Shown here: one piece after another, positions 1 to 9,497 of the stretch
Layout: every line of letters starts with the position of its first letter
Numbering within the stretch: position 1 is the first letter of the stretch
Assembly: GCA_963665275.2 (NCBI GenBank)
Contig: CAXXIN010000018.1
Coordinates: 18,300 to 82,299 of the forward strand
Direction: 5' to 3'
Source: Negativicutes bacterium
Lineage (GTDB): Bacteria > Bacillota > Negativicutes > UBA1444
Length of the DNA stretch: 64,000 bases
The notes under the pieces: generated by a model
The model's database searches: none
Seen by the model: only the letters and a program-made list of their open reading frames with translations
What the model was told of the DNA's origin: nothing
Translations under genes and position numbers: made by a program

Positions 1-1
1 T

Positions 2-244
2 CCCATCGCTTCGTTTGGCAACTCCGACGGAGATTTACAAATGCTCCAGTGGACAACCGGAGGCAGCGGCTTGCGACTGGGACTCCTCGTTCATCATACC
101 GATGCCGTGCGTGAGTGGGCCTATGATCGTCAATCCGCCGTTGGACAGCTGGATAAGGCGCTCGATGCGGCGAAGGCAAAAGGCTGGACCGTTGTAGACA
201 TGAAGAAGGACTGGAAAATCATTCACCCCTTCGAGAAGCAATAA
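2..244 (+). CDS. HAD-superfamily hydrolase/phosphatase, C-terminal fragment (5' end outside window)
   Basis: The frame is open from the window edge. The translation ...PIASFGNSDGDLQMLQWT...GWTVVDMKKDWKIIHPFEKQ* carries a HAD-type GNSDGD motif and a typical C-terminal tail. Confidence 0.55.
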   Translation, partial: PIASFGNSDGDLQMLQWTTGGSGLRLGLLVHHTDAVREWAYDRQSAVGQLDKALDAAKAKGWTVVDMKKDWKIIHPFEKQ

Positions 245-286
245 TAATTGGCTTGGGTCGGAGATGCAAATGGAGGGAACGAGAAA

Positions 287-1282
287 ATGAAGGCAACAAG
301 AATCCTGATGACTGTCTTGGCTCTGCTCTTCAGTGTGACGCTTTTCGCAGTCGGGCAGAATCGTTTGCATGCCGCGCCCATAGCCTCAGATTATTCGAAT
401 CCGTCGCATTGGATCTCTGTGCCGGTTGTGGTCGATAAAAAAGTCGATGTTTTTTATCTTGCGCCGACGGCATGGGTGAAGTTTGACGCGAATGTGCCAA
501 ACATTTGCGAAATTGATAATCCGACTCTGCTCGTCGGGGCGAAAGCAGCGTTTGGACGACAGGCAACGGCGTTTACACCGGTAGGGAATCTGTACGCACC
601 TTACTACAGGCAAGCGGATTTGTCGCCGGTCGAACGCGAAAAAGTGATCGGCGGCATTCCCACGCTGGACGCGGTGGCTGCGTTTGATTACTATCTTCAG
701 CATTTCAACAACGGCCGTCCGTTTATTTTAGCCGGGCATTCGCAGGGTTCCAACGTGCTCAGCAATCTCTTGGGTGGGTATATGAAGGAACATCCCGAGG
801 TGCAGGCCAGAATGGTAGCTGCCTATGTGATCGGATATTCGGTGACGAGTGAGTATTTGGCGAAAAATCCTCATTTGAAATTCGCCGAGGGACCTGATGA
901 CACGGGCGTGATCGTTTCATACAACACGGAGTCGCCAAATGTCGTGCCGGGGACGAATGTGGTCACCACACCCGGTGGTATTGCCATTAATCCGATTACC
1001 TGGACTCGCGCTGAAACGCTGGCGCCAGCTTCGAAAAACATGGGGTCCATCATGCCGGCAGGTGGGGTGTTTGTGCCGGTAGAACATTATGCCGATGCTA
1101 GGGTCGACCAGGCTAAAGGCGTGGTGATTTGCAGTACGGCGGATGCCGATAAACTGTACCGACCCGGCTCCTTCGTCAAAGGCGTTTATCATAGCTATGA
1201 TTACCTTTTTTATTACTACAACCTGCGGCAGAATGCTGCCAACCGCGTTGAAAAGTATTTCGATAAGGGGAAAGGAGAATAG
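287..1282 (+). CDS. secreted alpha/beta hydrolase, DUF3089-like lipase/esterase
   Basis: Signal peptide MKATRILMTVLALLFSVTLFAVG and nucleophile elbow ILAGHSQGS. RBS GGAGGGAA lies upstream of the ATG at 287; the ORF-track start at 248 is probably too long. Confidence 0.7.
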   Translation: MKATRILMTVLALLFSVTLFAVGQNRLHAAPIASDYSNPSHWISVPVVVDKKVDVFYLAPTAWVKFDANVPNICEIDNPTLLVGAKAAFGRQATAFTPVGNLYAPYYRQADLSPVEREKVIGGIPTLDAVAAFDYYLQHFNNGRPFILAGHSQGSNVLSNLLGGYMKEHPEVQARMVAAYVIGYSVTSEYLAKNPHLKFAEGPDDTGVIVSYNTESPNVVPGTNVVTTPGGIAINPITWTRAETLAPASKNMGSIMPAGGVFVPVEHYADARVDQAKGVVICSTADADKLYRPGSFVKGVYHSYDYLFYYYNLRQNAANRVEKYFDKGKGE

Positions 1283-2998
1283 ATGGCGAAACTATCTCGG
1301 CGTACTTTTATCAAAACCGGACTGGCAGGTGGCGCGGCATTGGCAGGTATCGGTGCGCTCCCTGTCAAATGGCTGAATGCGGCAGAAGCTTCGGTAGATG
1401 CGCAAACGACTTTGGGACAAACCGTAATGCCGGTTCCCGTACCTGTCACTTCGCCGAAACTCCGCCCTACCGCGGCGCCAAAATTTGCCCAGTTTGGTTA
1501 TGGCGTCTGGAAGTCAGGCGATGGGATTGGCTACGAAAAACGTCTGGACCTGATGCCGGGAAACTATACCGATGCGGCAGTAACCCAATCGGCGAGACTA
1601 GTGCGGTTTTTTACAATCAGCGACATCCACATCACGGACAAGGAATCGCCCGCGCAGGCGATTTATCTCGGACTGAAAGATGGAATAAATTCGGCTTATT
1701 CGCCGGTTATGCCTTTTACCACCCATGTTCTCAATGCGGCTGTCCAGACCATCAACGCTTTGCACAAAAAATCTCCGATTGATTTCGGTATTGCGCTCGG
1801 TGATGCCTGCAACAGTTCCCAGTATAACGAACTGCGCTGGTATGTCGATGTTCTGGACGGCAAGGCTATCATCCCCAGCTCCGGAGCGCATGTGGGCGCT
1901 GACACCATCGACTACCAAAAACCGTATAGGGCAGCAGGGCTCGACAAGGCAATCCCCTGGTATCAGACCTTGGGTAATCATGATCATTTCTGGATGGGAA
2001 CCGCCCCCTTGACCGATTACCTCCGAGCAGCCTACATCGGCGAGGAAATTCTTAACTTGGGAGATGTGTTCGCCGATCCTCGCGGCCTTGATAGTCGTGG
2101 TTTCTATATGGGATCCATTGATGGGCGGACGCCGTACGGTGATGTCATCGGCCTCGGACCCGTCACTGCTTACGCGGCTCCTCCCAAAGTCGCCGCCGAT
2201 CCGGACCGGCGTTCTCTGTCCCGCCAAGAATGGATTGGCGAATTTTTTAAAACGTCATCCCATCCTGTCGGTCACGGTTTCAACCGGGCCAATGTTGAGG
2301 CGGATTTTGCCTGCTATAGCTTCGCACCGAAGTCGAACCTGCCGATCAAGGTAATCGTTCTTGACGATACCCAACGGGAAGACGACGCCAATACGGAAGG
2401 CTATAAATGGCATGGCGCGGTTGATCAAAAACGATATGAGTGGCTGGTCGATGAACTTGATCAGGGTCAGGCCCAGGGCCAACTAATGATTATTGCCGCC
2501 CATATTCCGATCGGCGTCGAAAAACCGGGAGCTTTCATGAGTTGGTGGGACCATGCCTATATATCTGAGAAGGCGCTGTTCGCCAAGCTGCATGAATACC
2601 CAAATCTGTTGATGTGGATTGCGGGACACCGTCATTTCAACACCGTTACCGCTTTCAAGTCGCCGGATGCGGATCGGCCGGAACTCGGATTTTGGCAGGT
2701 CGAAACCGCGTCATTGCGAGATTTTCCTCAACAGTTCCGCACGTTTGAAATTGTTCGCAACAGCGATAATACCATTTCAATCTTTACGACGAATGTGGAT
2801 TATTCTGCTAAAGAAGGATCGCCGGCTGCGAAATCCCGTTCGTATGCTATCGCGGCAAATCAATTGGTTTCAAATCCTGCGATCTCTTCAAACCCGGGGC
2901 TTATGCTGCCAACCGGTGCATATAATGCTGAGCTGGTCAAGCCGTTGAGCCCTGAAATGCAGGCAAAAATGCAGAACTATGGAGATATGATCCGCTAG
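1283..2998 (+). CDS. Tat-secreted metallophosphoesterase (TIGR03768-like family)
   Basis: Twin-arginine signal LSRRTFIKTGLAGGAALAG. Calcineurin-like phosphoesterase motifs are present: ISDIHITD, LGDACN, LGNHDHF and IAGHRHFN. Confidence 0.75.
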   Translation: MAKLSRRTFIKTGLAGGAALAGIGALPVKWLNAAEASVDAQTTLGQTVMPVPVPVTSPKLRPTAAPKFAQFGYGVWKSGDGIGYEKRLDLMPGNYTDAAVTQSARLVRFFTISDIHITDKESPAQAIYLGLKDGINSAYSPVMPFTTHVLNAAVQTINALHKKSPIDFGIALGDACNSSQYNELRWYVDVLDGKAIIPSSGAHVGADTIDYQKPYRAAGLDKAIPWYQTLGNHDHFWMGTAPLTDYLRAAYIGEEILNLGDVFADPRGLDSRGFYMGSIDGRTPYGDVIGLGPVTAYAAPPKVAADPDRRSLSRQEWIGEFFKTSSHPVGHGFNRANVEADFACYSFAPKSNLPIKVIVLDDTQREDDANTEGYKWHGAVDQKRYEWLVDELDQGQAQGQLMIIAAHIPIGVEKPGAFMSWWDHAYISEKALFAKLHEYPNLLMWIAGHRHFNTVTAFKSPDADRPELGFWQVETASLRDFPQQFRTFEIVRNSDNTISIFTTNVDYSAKEGSPAAKSRSYAIAANQLVSNPAISSNPGLMLPTGAYNAELVKPLSPEMQAKMQNYGDMIR

Positions 2999-3022
2999 AG
3001 AAATTATTGGGAGGCGCTAACG

Positions 3023-4774
3023 ATGATGCATGGGAAAAAATCGCTATCGATACTCATTCTGGTGCTCTATCTGAGTAGCATCGCTCTACCGGTCTATGCC
3101 TGCACCACGACGATCGTAGGCAAAGATGCCTCGGTCGATGGGTCGGTCATGGTCTCTCACTCCGATGACGGTTTGAACGATGGCAGCATGATTTATATTC
3201 CGGCGCAGGATCACAAGCCCGGCTCGCTCCGGGCGGTGTATTATTCCCATGCGTCGCTGGACTTCAAACCGCAGTGGGGAGCTACGATCAGTCACCGTAT
3301 CGTGACCAAGGATCGCGGACCCAATTACGACATCAAGGATGTACCGCCCAGTGTGCCGCTCGGGTTTATCCCGCAGGTGGAACACACGTATGCTTATTTT
3401 GACGCCAATTACGGCATCATGAACGAGCATCAGCTTTCTATCGGCGAGTGTACCGACAAAGCGAAAGTGCACCCGGAACCGGAACCCGGCAAACGAATTT
3501 TTTATTCGTCCGAGCTATCCCGTGTCGCATTGGAGCGAACCAAAACCGCCCGCGAGGCGATCAAACTCATGGGCGAACTGATTGAAAAATACGGCTACTA
3601 CGGCACAGGGGAAACTCTGCTGGTGGCAGATCCGAACGAAGGCTGGGTCATGGAAATGGCCGGCTATGACATGAACGGCACCGGCGGCGTCTGGATCGCC
3701 CAACGTGTGCCTGATGATGGATTCTTCGTCGCAGCCAATCAGTTTCGCATTCGCGATGTACGCCCCAATGCCGATGATATGATGTTTTCGGCCAACATCT
3801 TTGAAATTGCGCAGGCCAAAGGCTGGTGGAAACCCGAAAGCGGACCGCTCGATTTCGCCAGTGTCTACGGCGATGGTGAGTTCCACCATCCGTACTATTC
3901 TTTGCGCCGCGTCTGGCGCGCCCAGTCGCTGGTCGCCCCGTCCCTCGAGCTATCTCCCTGGGCGGAAGGTCCCTTTACCCGGGCCTATCCCTTCGCCGTC
4001 ACCCCCGACAAGAAACTGTCTGTCGGCGATGTCTTCGCTATTCATCGGGACAATTACGAAGGTACGGAATTTGACCTGACCAAGGGATTGGCGGCCGGAC
4101 CGTTTGGTGATCCCAACCGCTTTGAAGGCAATGCGGAAGGAATGGCGGATAAGGAAGGCAGGCTTACGCCGGTGATCGGAGAGTTCGAACGTCCCCTGAA
4201 TGTTTATCGCTGCGTCTATGCGCATGTAAACCAGTCCCGCAAATGGCTGCCGGATGCCATCGGCGGCGTAGTGTGGTTTGGCCCGGACCGCCCGGCGACA
4301 GCGGTGCTGATGCCCTTCTATGCCGGAGCTACAGATTTGCCGACGCCTATCCAGAAAGCGGATATTCTCAAGTTCGACCGCAACAGCCTGTGGATGGCGT
4401 TTAACTATGTGGCGAACTATTCCATGCTCAAATATTCGTACATGATCAAAGATATTCACGCCGTACGCGACCAATTCGAAAATAACGCATTCGAGCGGCA
4501 ACCCAAGTTGGAAGCGGAAGCTCTCGCACTCTGGAACAAGGGCGATCAGAAGGGCGTCCGCGAGATGTTGACCCGCTACAGTGACAAAAACGCCAACGCC
4601 GTGCGGGCTGACTGGTGGAAATTGGCGGCCAATCTCTATCTCAAGTACAACGATGGCTACCTCAACACACAGAAAACCATTGCCGATCCAGTGTTTTATC
4701 CGGCCTGGTGGCTCAAACAAGTAGGCTATGAAAACGGCCCTACCAGCTACGAGAAGAAACCTGCCGGCAAATAA
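3023..4774 (+). CDS. C69-family dipeptidase (secreted)
   Basis: A signal peptide is followed by the N-terminal nucleophile Cys context YACTTTIVGKDASVDGSVMVSHSDD. The 583-aa length is typical of peptidase family C69. Confidence 0.85.
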   Translation: MMHGKKSLSILILVLYLSSIALPVYACTTTIVGKDASVDGSVMVSHSDDGLNDGSMIYIPAQDHKPGSLRAVYYSHASLDFKPQWGATISHRIVTKDRGPNYDIKDVPPSVPLGFIPQVEHTYAYFDANYGIMNEHQLSIGECTDKAKVHPEPEPGKRIFYSSELSRVALERTKTAREAIKLMGELIEKYGYYGTGETLLVADPNEGWVMEMAGYDMNGTGGVWIAQRVPDDGFFVAANQFRIRDVRPNADDMMFSANIFEIAQAKGWWKPESGPLDFASVYGDGEFHHPYYSLRRVWRAQSLVAPSLELSPWAEGPFTRAYPFAVTPDKKLSVGDVFAIHRDNYEGTEFDLTKGLAAGPFGDPNRFEGNAEGMADKEGRLTPVIGEFERPLNVYRCVYAHVNQSRKWLPDAIGGVVWFGPDRPATAVLMPFYAGATDLPTPIQKADILKFDRNSLWMAFNYVANYSMLKYSYMIKDIHAVRDQFENNAFERQPKLEAEALALWNKGDQKGVREMLTRYSDKNANAVRADWWKLAANLYLKYNDGYLNTQKTIADPVFYPAWWLKQVGYENGPTSYEKKPAGK

Positions 4775-4787
4775 AACAAAGCATACA

Positions 4788-4826
4788 AAGCCCTCCGGTG
4801 TGATAGTCAGACCGGGGGGCTTTTTT
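4788..4826 (+). terminator. intrinsic terminator after the dipeptidase gene
   Basis: 12-bp stem AAGCCCTCCGGT/ACCGGGGGGCTT followed by a T-run. Confidence 0.7.
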
Positions 4827-4943
4827 GCCGCCAACGGGAGAAAACTGCAGTGGGGCAGGAAAATACGACGCCGCTATAGAATAGTTGCAAGAGTATTTTC
4901 TCTCACGAAGAAAGTTCAATAATAAGGATAGGAGACGTGGCAT

Positions 4944-5804
4944 ATGAACGTAATTCGGGTCATGGTGGTGGATGATTCGCCTTTTTCCCGCACCTTGCTG
5001 GCGGATGTCCTGATACAGGGGGGCTGTGAAGTAGTCGGGGAAGCCGAGTCGATTGAAACGCTGATTCAGGTATACGATGAATGCAAGCCGGACCTTGTAA
5101 CGATGGATATTGCCATGCCGGGCGCTGATGGATTTGAATGCACCAAAACCTTGCGTTTGCACGATCCGGCGGCGAAGGTGATTCTGGTCAGCTCCATGAA
5201 AGATGAAGAGACGGAAGCGGACGCACGCCACGCAGGGGCAGTAGGATATGTCCAAAAACCTGTGGACGAGGATGTGCTGCTCCGGGTGCTTCGGAACGTC
5301 ATGTCGCCTGATGAAATGTATGCCAATCTGCAGACCTGGAGTCGTGAAATTTTTGCTGAAGTGCTGTCGCAAAATATCACCCGCATGACGAAAAGTACAG
5401 CGACTATCAACGAACAAGCGGATCTGAAAAAAAGCATTTCGCAGGGAATCACAGTAGTGATCGGAATTATCGGTCGTTACCCGGGCTCCATCGTTTTTGA
5501 TCTCACCATGGAAGCTGCGGAAAAAATGGCTGAGATCATGTTGCGCCGACCGGCGAAAAGCCAGGCGGAAGTGGTGTCGGTTGCGGCGGAATTCGCCAAT
5601 GTGGTGGGCGGCGTAGCCTGCTCCATGTTGAATCGCAAGGAAAAATCCTTTGGCCTGCGGGTGGCGCCGCCGAGTGTATTTCAGGGCGCAACGAACGAAA
5701 TTAGCAGCCCCATGCTCCAGATGCATGGCGTGGAAGCCGACACCGATTTTGGGCGACTGAGCCTGAGCTTCGGGTTTAAGAAGGGGACGGTATTGTGGAT
5801 GTAA
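4944..5804 (+). CDS. response-regulator receiver fused to a CheX/CheC-like phosphatase domain
   Basis: The N-terminus VMVVDDSPFSR...DLVTMDIAMPGADG...VGYVQKP is CheY-like REC. The C-terminal ~150 aa (ITVVIGIIGRYPGSIVFDL...) resembles CheX. Confidence 0.75.
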   Translation: MNVIRVMVVDDSPFSRTLLADVLIQGGCEVVGEAESIETLIQVYDECKPDLVTMDIAMPGADGFECTKTLRLHDPAAKVILVSSMKDEETEADARHAGAVGYVQKPVDEDVLLRVLRNVMSPDEMYANLQTWSREIFAEVLSQNITRMTKSTATINEQADLKKSISQGITVVIGIIGRYPGSIVFDLTMEAAEKMAEIMLRRPAKSQAEVVSVAAEFANVVGGVACSMLNRKEKSFGLRVAPPSVFQGATNEISSPMLQMHGVEADTDFGRLSLSFGFKKGTVLWM

Positions 5805-6259
5805 ACAAGATAAATCCGATTCTCGAGGCGGTTGCCGGCACGCTGCCGCTGATCGGGTTCCAATCGGTGGAACGCAAAGCAGTTGTGTTAGGCGGACCGG
5901 TCATCAGTTGGAAAGGCGTGATCATCAACATTGGCATGCTCGGAAGCGTGAAAGGCTCTGTCGCCATTGGCATGGAAAAAGAGGCGGCATGCCGCTTTGC
6001 GTCGACGATGATGATGGGGATGGAAGTAAAGGAACTGGACGAACTGTCACAAAGCGCGATCTCCGAAATGACGAACATGGTTTGCGCCAATGCCTGTACC
6101 CTCTTTATCCGGGATGGGCTGGAGGGCGTTGACATTTCCCCGCCGGTTCTGTTCGTGGGGGAGGGCGGCAAGATCACTCTCCCGGTGCCGAAAGTGATTT
6201 CCGTGGCTTTTATGGTGGATGACATTCCGATGAACGTTCATGTGGGACTGCATACATAA
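5795..6259 (+). CDS. cheX: chemotaxis phosphatase CheX
   Basis: The N-terminus VDVNKINPILEAVAGTLP and the 154-aa length are CheX-like. The GTG start overlaps the upstream stop by 10 nt, suggesting translational coupling. Confidence 0.7.
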   Translation: MDVNKINPILEAVAGTLPLIGFQSVERKAVVLGGPVISWKGVIINIGMLGSVKGSVAIGMEKEAACRFASTMMMGMEVKELDELSQSAISEMTNMVCANACTLFIRDGLEGVDISPPVLFVGEGGKITLPVPKVISVAFMVDDIPMNVHVGLHT

Positions 6260-6323
6260 GGATATAAGGTTGTTGCCTATTCGGGGTAAACGCATTATTT
6301 TCCTCCTGTCAAAAAAAAGAGTA

Positions 6324-6359
6324 AACCTGAGGGATAACGAAAGTTCCTCAGGTTTTTTT
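6324..6359 (+). terminator. intrinsic terminator after cheX
   Basis: Stem AACCTGAGG/CCTCAGGTT followed by a T-run. Confidence 0.75.
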
Positions 6360-6554
6360 ATACGGTTATTATAAAAACATCGTGCATATCTCATCAAAAG
6401 TTAGACGCGCAAGTGAAAGATTTAAAAGGGATCGTGGGTTATTATTAAAGTGGGATCTGTTTAGTCTGAACGATTGGGCACTTGGTCTGTTGCAGATGAA
6501 ATCAGTGAAAGTTTTCTAAATCGATAAAACACAAGAAGAGGGAGGCGCGTTTTT

Positions 6555-7466
6555 ATGTCGAACCCGCAAAAAATTCTCGTGGCGTATGATGGATCACCTC
6601 ACAGTAAAGTGGCGCTGGATTGGGCCATGCGACTTGGCGGCAATAATAATGCCGAGTTAGAGGTGATCAAAGTATTTGAGCCGATCATTCGGCGATATAA
6701 TAGGGGTGACTATGATATTAGCGAGCAAATAACCGAACGGTATGCCGAAATGGAGAAGGCTGATCGCCAGATCATGCAAGATGTAAAAACTTTCTGTGAC
6801 GCGGGGTGCAAACTGAAAGTTAATGTAGATTTACTCAAGGGTCCTGTGGCTTCAACGCTTCTTGAATATGCCCGCCAGAACGGGTTTGGCTTGATCGCGG
6901 TCGGGACCAAGGGCCATGGTATACTCGAAGAGATGCTCGTGGGAAGCGTAACAAGCAGTTTGGTGAGCCTGTCCAAAGTGCCGGTATTGGTCGTGAAGGA
7001 GCAAGCGGCGCCCGATAAGTTGCAAAAAATCCTTGTGGCCTATGACGGGTCGGAATTTGCCAAGGCCGCGTTGGATCTTGCCATCGAAATTGGCAAGAGT
7101 GCTGGCGCCCAGATTATGGCCGTGAAAGTGTATGACACTCTGACGCTCACGATGATTTACAGCATGGCCGAATCCGGATCAGGGTTGAGACTGGCCGAGA
7201 AGCTGGCCGAGCTGGATGAGTCAGAGAAGAAAATCCTTGATGATGCAAAGAGTACTGCGGCACTCAAGGGAATGGAAATTGGCACGGAACTACTGTCAGG
7301 CGGCAATATTGCAGATACAATCATTAAGTACGCAAAAGAAAACAACGCAGACATGATTGTCGCCGGTACGCTTGGTCACGGGTTGCTTGGAGAGCTTTTG
7401 ATGGGAAGTGTCACCAGAAATCTGATTAGTCTGTCGCAAATCCCTGTATTGGTTGTTAAAAAGTAA
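6555..7466 (+). CDS. tandem universal stress protein (two UspA domains)
   Basis: Two repeats each begin KILVAYDGS and end G(T)xGHG.L.E.L.GSVT..L.SLS..PVLVVK. Confidence 0.85.
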   Translation: MSNPQKILVAYDGSPHSKVALDWAMRLGGNNNAELEVIKVFEPIIRRYNRGDYDISEQITERYAEMEKADRQIMQDVKTFCDAGCKLKVNVDLLKGPVASTLLEYARQNGFGLIAVGTKGHGILEEMLVGSVTSSLVSLSKVPVLVVKEQAAPDKLQKILVAYDGSEFAKAALDLAIEIGKSAGAQIMAVKVYDTLTLTMIYSMAESGSGLRLAEKLAELDESEKKILDDAKSTAALKGMEIGTELLSGGNIADTIIKYAKENNADMIVAGTLGHGLLGELLMGSVTRNLISLSQIPVLVVKK

Positions 7467-7493
7467 AAAACTTCACCTCGGGATACGACTCAA

Positions 7494-7530
7494 CAACCCC
7501 GGTCGCTGTTTTTACAGTCGATCGGGGTTG
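7494..7530. terminator. hairpin between convergent genes
   Basis: Stem CAACCCCGGTCG/CGATCGGGGTTG with a T-rich loop. It lies between the + strand usp gene and the - strand KTSC gene. Confidence 0.5.
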
Positions 7531-7558
7531 TCATTTGAACCTAAGGATGTATGAGCGA

Positions 7559-7810
7559 TTAGGGAATATTCCAGAGGCAGGTGTCTTCCTCGTTCTTATC
7601 TGTAACCTTTATGCAGGGGAAATAGTTTTTGATATTATTGTTGAAATGCAATCCTTTTGCCGGGGCCATCATCAGAGCCAAGTGAGCGATTTTGGGAACA
7701 TTTTGAAACTGATAGACGCTTGAATCCAGAAACTCAATTTCCAGAAGACGGGAATCTTCTTCATAGCCAATGGATCTTATATCTGTCGACATCACGTACG
7801 TTCGTTTCAT
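7559..7810 (-). CDS. KTSC domain-containing protein
   Basis: The translation IGYEEDSRLLEIEFLDSSVYQFQNVPKIAHLALMMAPAKGLHFNNNIKNYF is typical of the KTSC domain. RBS GGGAGGAA lies 8 nt upstream of the ATG at 7810. Confidence 0.7.
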   Translation of the reverse strand: MKRTYVMSTDIRSIGYEEDSRLLEIEFLDSSVYQFQNVPKIAHLALMMAPAKGLHFNNNIKNYFPCIKVTDKNEEDTCLWNIP

Positions 7811-8149
7811 GTTCGAGTTTCCTCCCGAAATCAAAATTATAAAGGCTTCTAAACATCATGGGCCAAATTGTCATCACAAGGAAGAGTATCCAGAACATTT
7901 GGCTGAAATCGAAAATCACAGAAAAGTCCTTTTTTTATTCTGGATTTTACGAAACAGCCATAGATTAATATTTCACCCAACTTGACGAATTTCCTTTACT
8001 TCTGTATTTTTAGGCAAACATATTATTCGAATAACCTAGAGCGTAAAGGGCTACGGGATGCAGGAAAAAGAGAAAGCATGCAGAATTCTATATGAATTGA
8101 ATTTTGCGCGAACGATAAGATCGGATGGAATGGCGATGAAAAAAGGCAG

Positions 8150-9442
8150 GTGGGAAAAGCGTTGTTAAAAGAACAAGGCAGGAACGCAAAATCTGTGGTT
8201 CTTCGGAACGGCTGGATCATTGATCCTGCTCAGGGAATCAACCGAACTGCGGACGTTTTATTAACAGATGGGATCGTGAAGGAGATTGGACCGGATCTTT
8301 CCGCGGTGGATGCCGAAGTGATCGACTGCGCCGGAAACTGGGTGATCCCCGGCCTGGTTGATGCGCACTGTCATTTGCGTGAACCGGGCTTTGAGCGCAA
8401 GGAAACGATTGAAACCGGAACGATGGCAGCCGCGCGCGGCGGCTTTACTACAGTGGTTGCCATGGCCAACCTTAATCCGGTTCCGGATAATGCCAATGTA
8501 TATCGTCGTATCCAGGAAATCATCGGACAGAAAGCGGTCGTGCGGGTAGTACAGGCAGCGGGTGTAACACAGGATTTGAAGGGACGCGACCTCAGCGACA
8601 TGGCTTCGCTGGCAGCTGAGGGAGTACGGATATTTTCAGATGATGGCTATCCTATAGAGCGCGCTTCCATTCTTTATCAGGCACTGCAGATGAGTCGCAA
8701 ACTGAACCTGATCATTTCGGTCCATGAAGAAGATGCGGCGTTGAAAGGGTATTGGCCGACAGCATACGAACCAATGAATGAGTATATCCTGCTGAACCGT
8801 GATTTGGAAGTTTTGCGGGCCGCTGGCGGACATTTGCATGTGCAGCATTTGAGTGCAGCGCGCAGCGTGGAGCTGGTCCGGGCTGCTAAAAAAGAAGGCC
8901 TCAAGGTTACCGCTGAAGTTTGTCCCCATCACCTGACGCTGACTCGCGACGATGTAGCAATCCGGGGGGCGAATGCCAAGATGGCGCCGCCGCTCAGAGA
9001 CAAGGAAGATATTGAAGCGTTGCTGCAGGGGCTCAACGATGGTACAATCGATTTCATCGCTACGGATCATGCGCCGCACACTACTGATGACAAGGGGGGG
9101 CCTTTTGATCAGGCGGCCAACGGAATTGTCGGATTTGAAACAGCATTCTCGGTGCTATTGACAAAGCTTGTGCATGAAAGAGGGATGTCCCCTTCCTGGC
9201 TTATAGAAAAAATGACGATAAAACCTGCCAATGCCCTGGGGTTGCCAGGAGGGACGCTAGCCATCGGATCCCCGGCTGATGTCTGCGTGGTCGATCCCCA
9301 TCGGGAGTGGATTGTGGATAGCGCCAAATTTGCTTCCATGGGTCGTAATACTCCTTATCAGGGTATGAAAATGAAAGGCTGCGTATTGTTGACCTTTGTC
9401 GGCGGCAATAAGGTTTTTGACGGAAGAAAGGAGGCGATCTGA
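8150..9442 (+). CDS. pyrC: dihydroorotase
   Basis: Metal-binding motifs VDAHCHLREPG and FIATDHAPH; 430 aa. The exact start is uncertain, with an alternative TTG at 8162 placed after AGGTGGG. Confidence 0.9.
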   Translation: MGKALLKEQGRNAKSVVLRNGWIIDPAQGINRTADVLLTDGIVKEIGPDLSAVDAEVIDCAGNWVIPGLVDAHCHLREPGFERKETIETGTMAAARGGFTTVVAMANLNPVPDNANVYRRIQEIIGQKAVVRVVQAAGVTQDLKGRDLSDMASLAAEGVRIFSDDGYPIERASILYQALQMSRKLNLIISVHEEDAALKGYWPTAYEPMNEYILLNRDLEVLRAAGGHLHVQHLSAARSVELVRAAKKEGLKVTAEVCPHHLTLTRDDVAIRGANAKMAPPLRDKEDIEALLQGLNDGTIDFIATDHAPHTTDDKGGPFDQAANGIVGFETAFSVLLTKLVHERGMSPSWLIEKMTIKPANALGLPGGTLAIGSPADVCVVDPHREWIVDSAKFASMGRNTPYQGMKMKGCVLLTFVGGNKVFDGRKEAI

Positions 9443-9497
9443 GTTCACGCACGCAGGTCAGGCTTGAATGAGAAACAAAATGGAAAGGAGATATTTT

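Noticed and set aside
7990-8150. Looked for a second PyrR attenuator upstream of pyrC
   Set aside because: Only a promoter-like TTGACG-17-TATTTT and a GCATGCAG direct repeat are present. There is no GUCC.G.GAGGC loop or terminator, so none was called.
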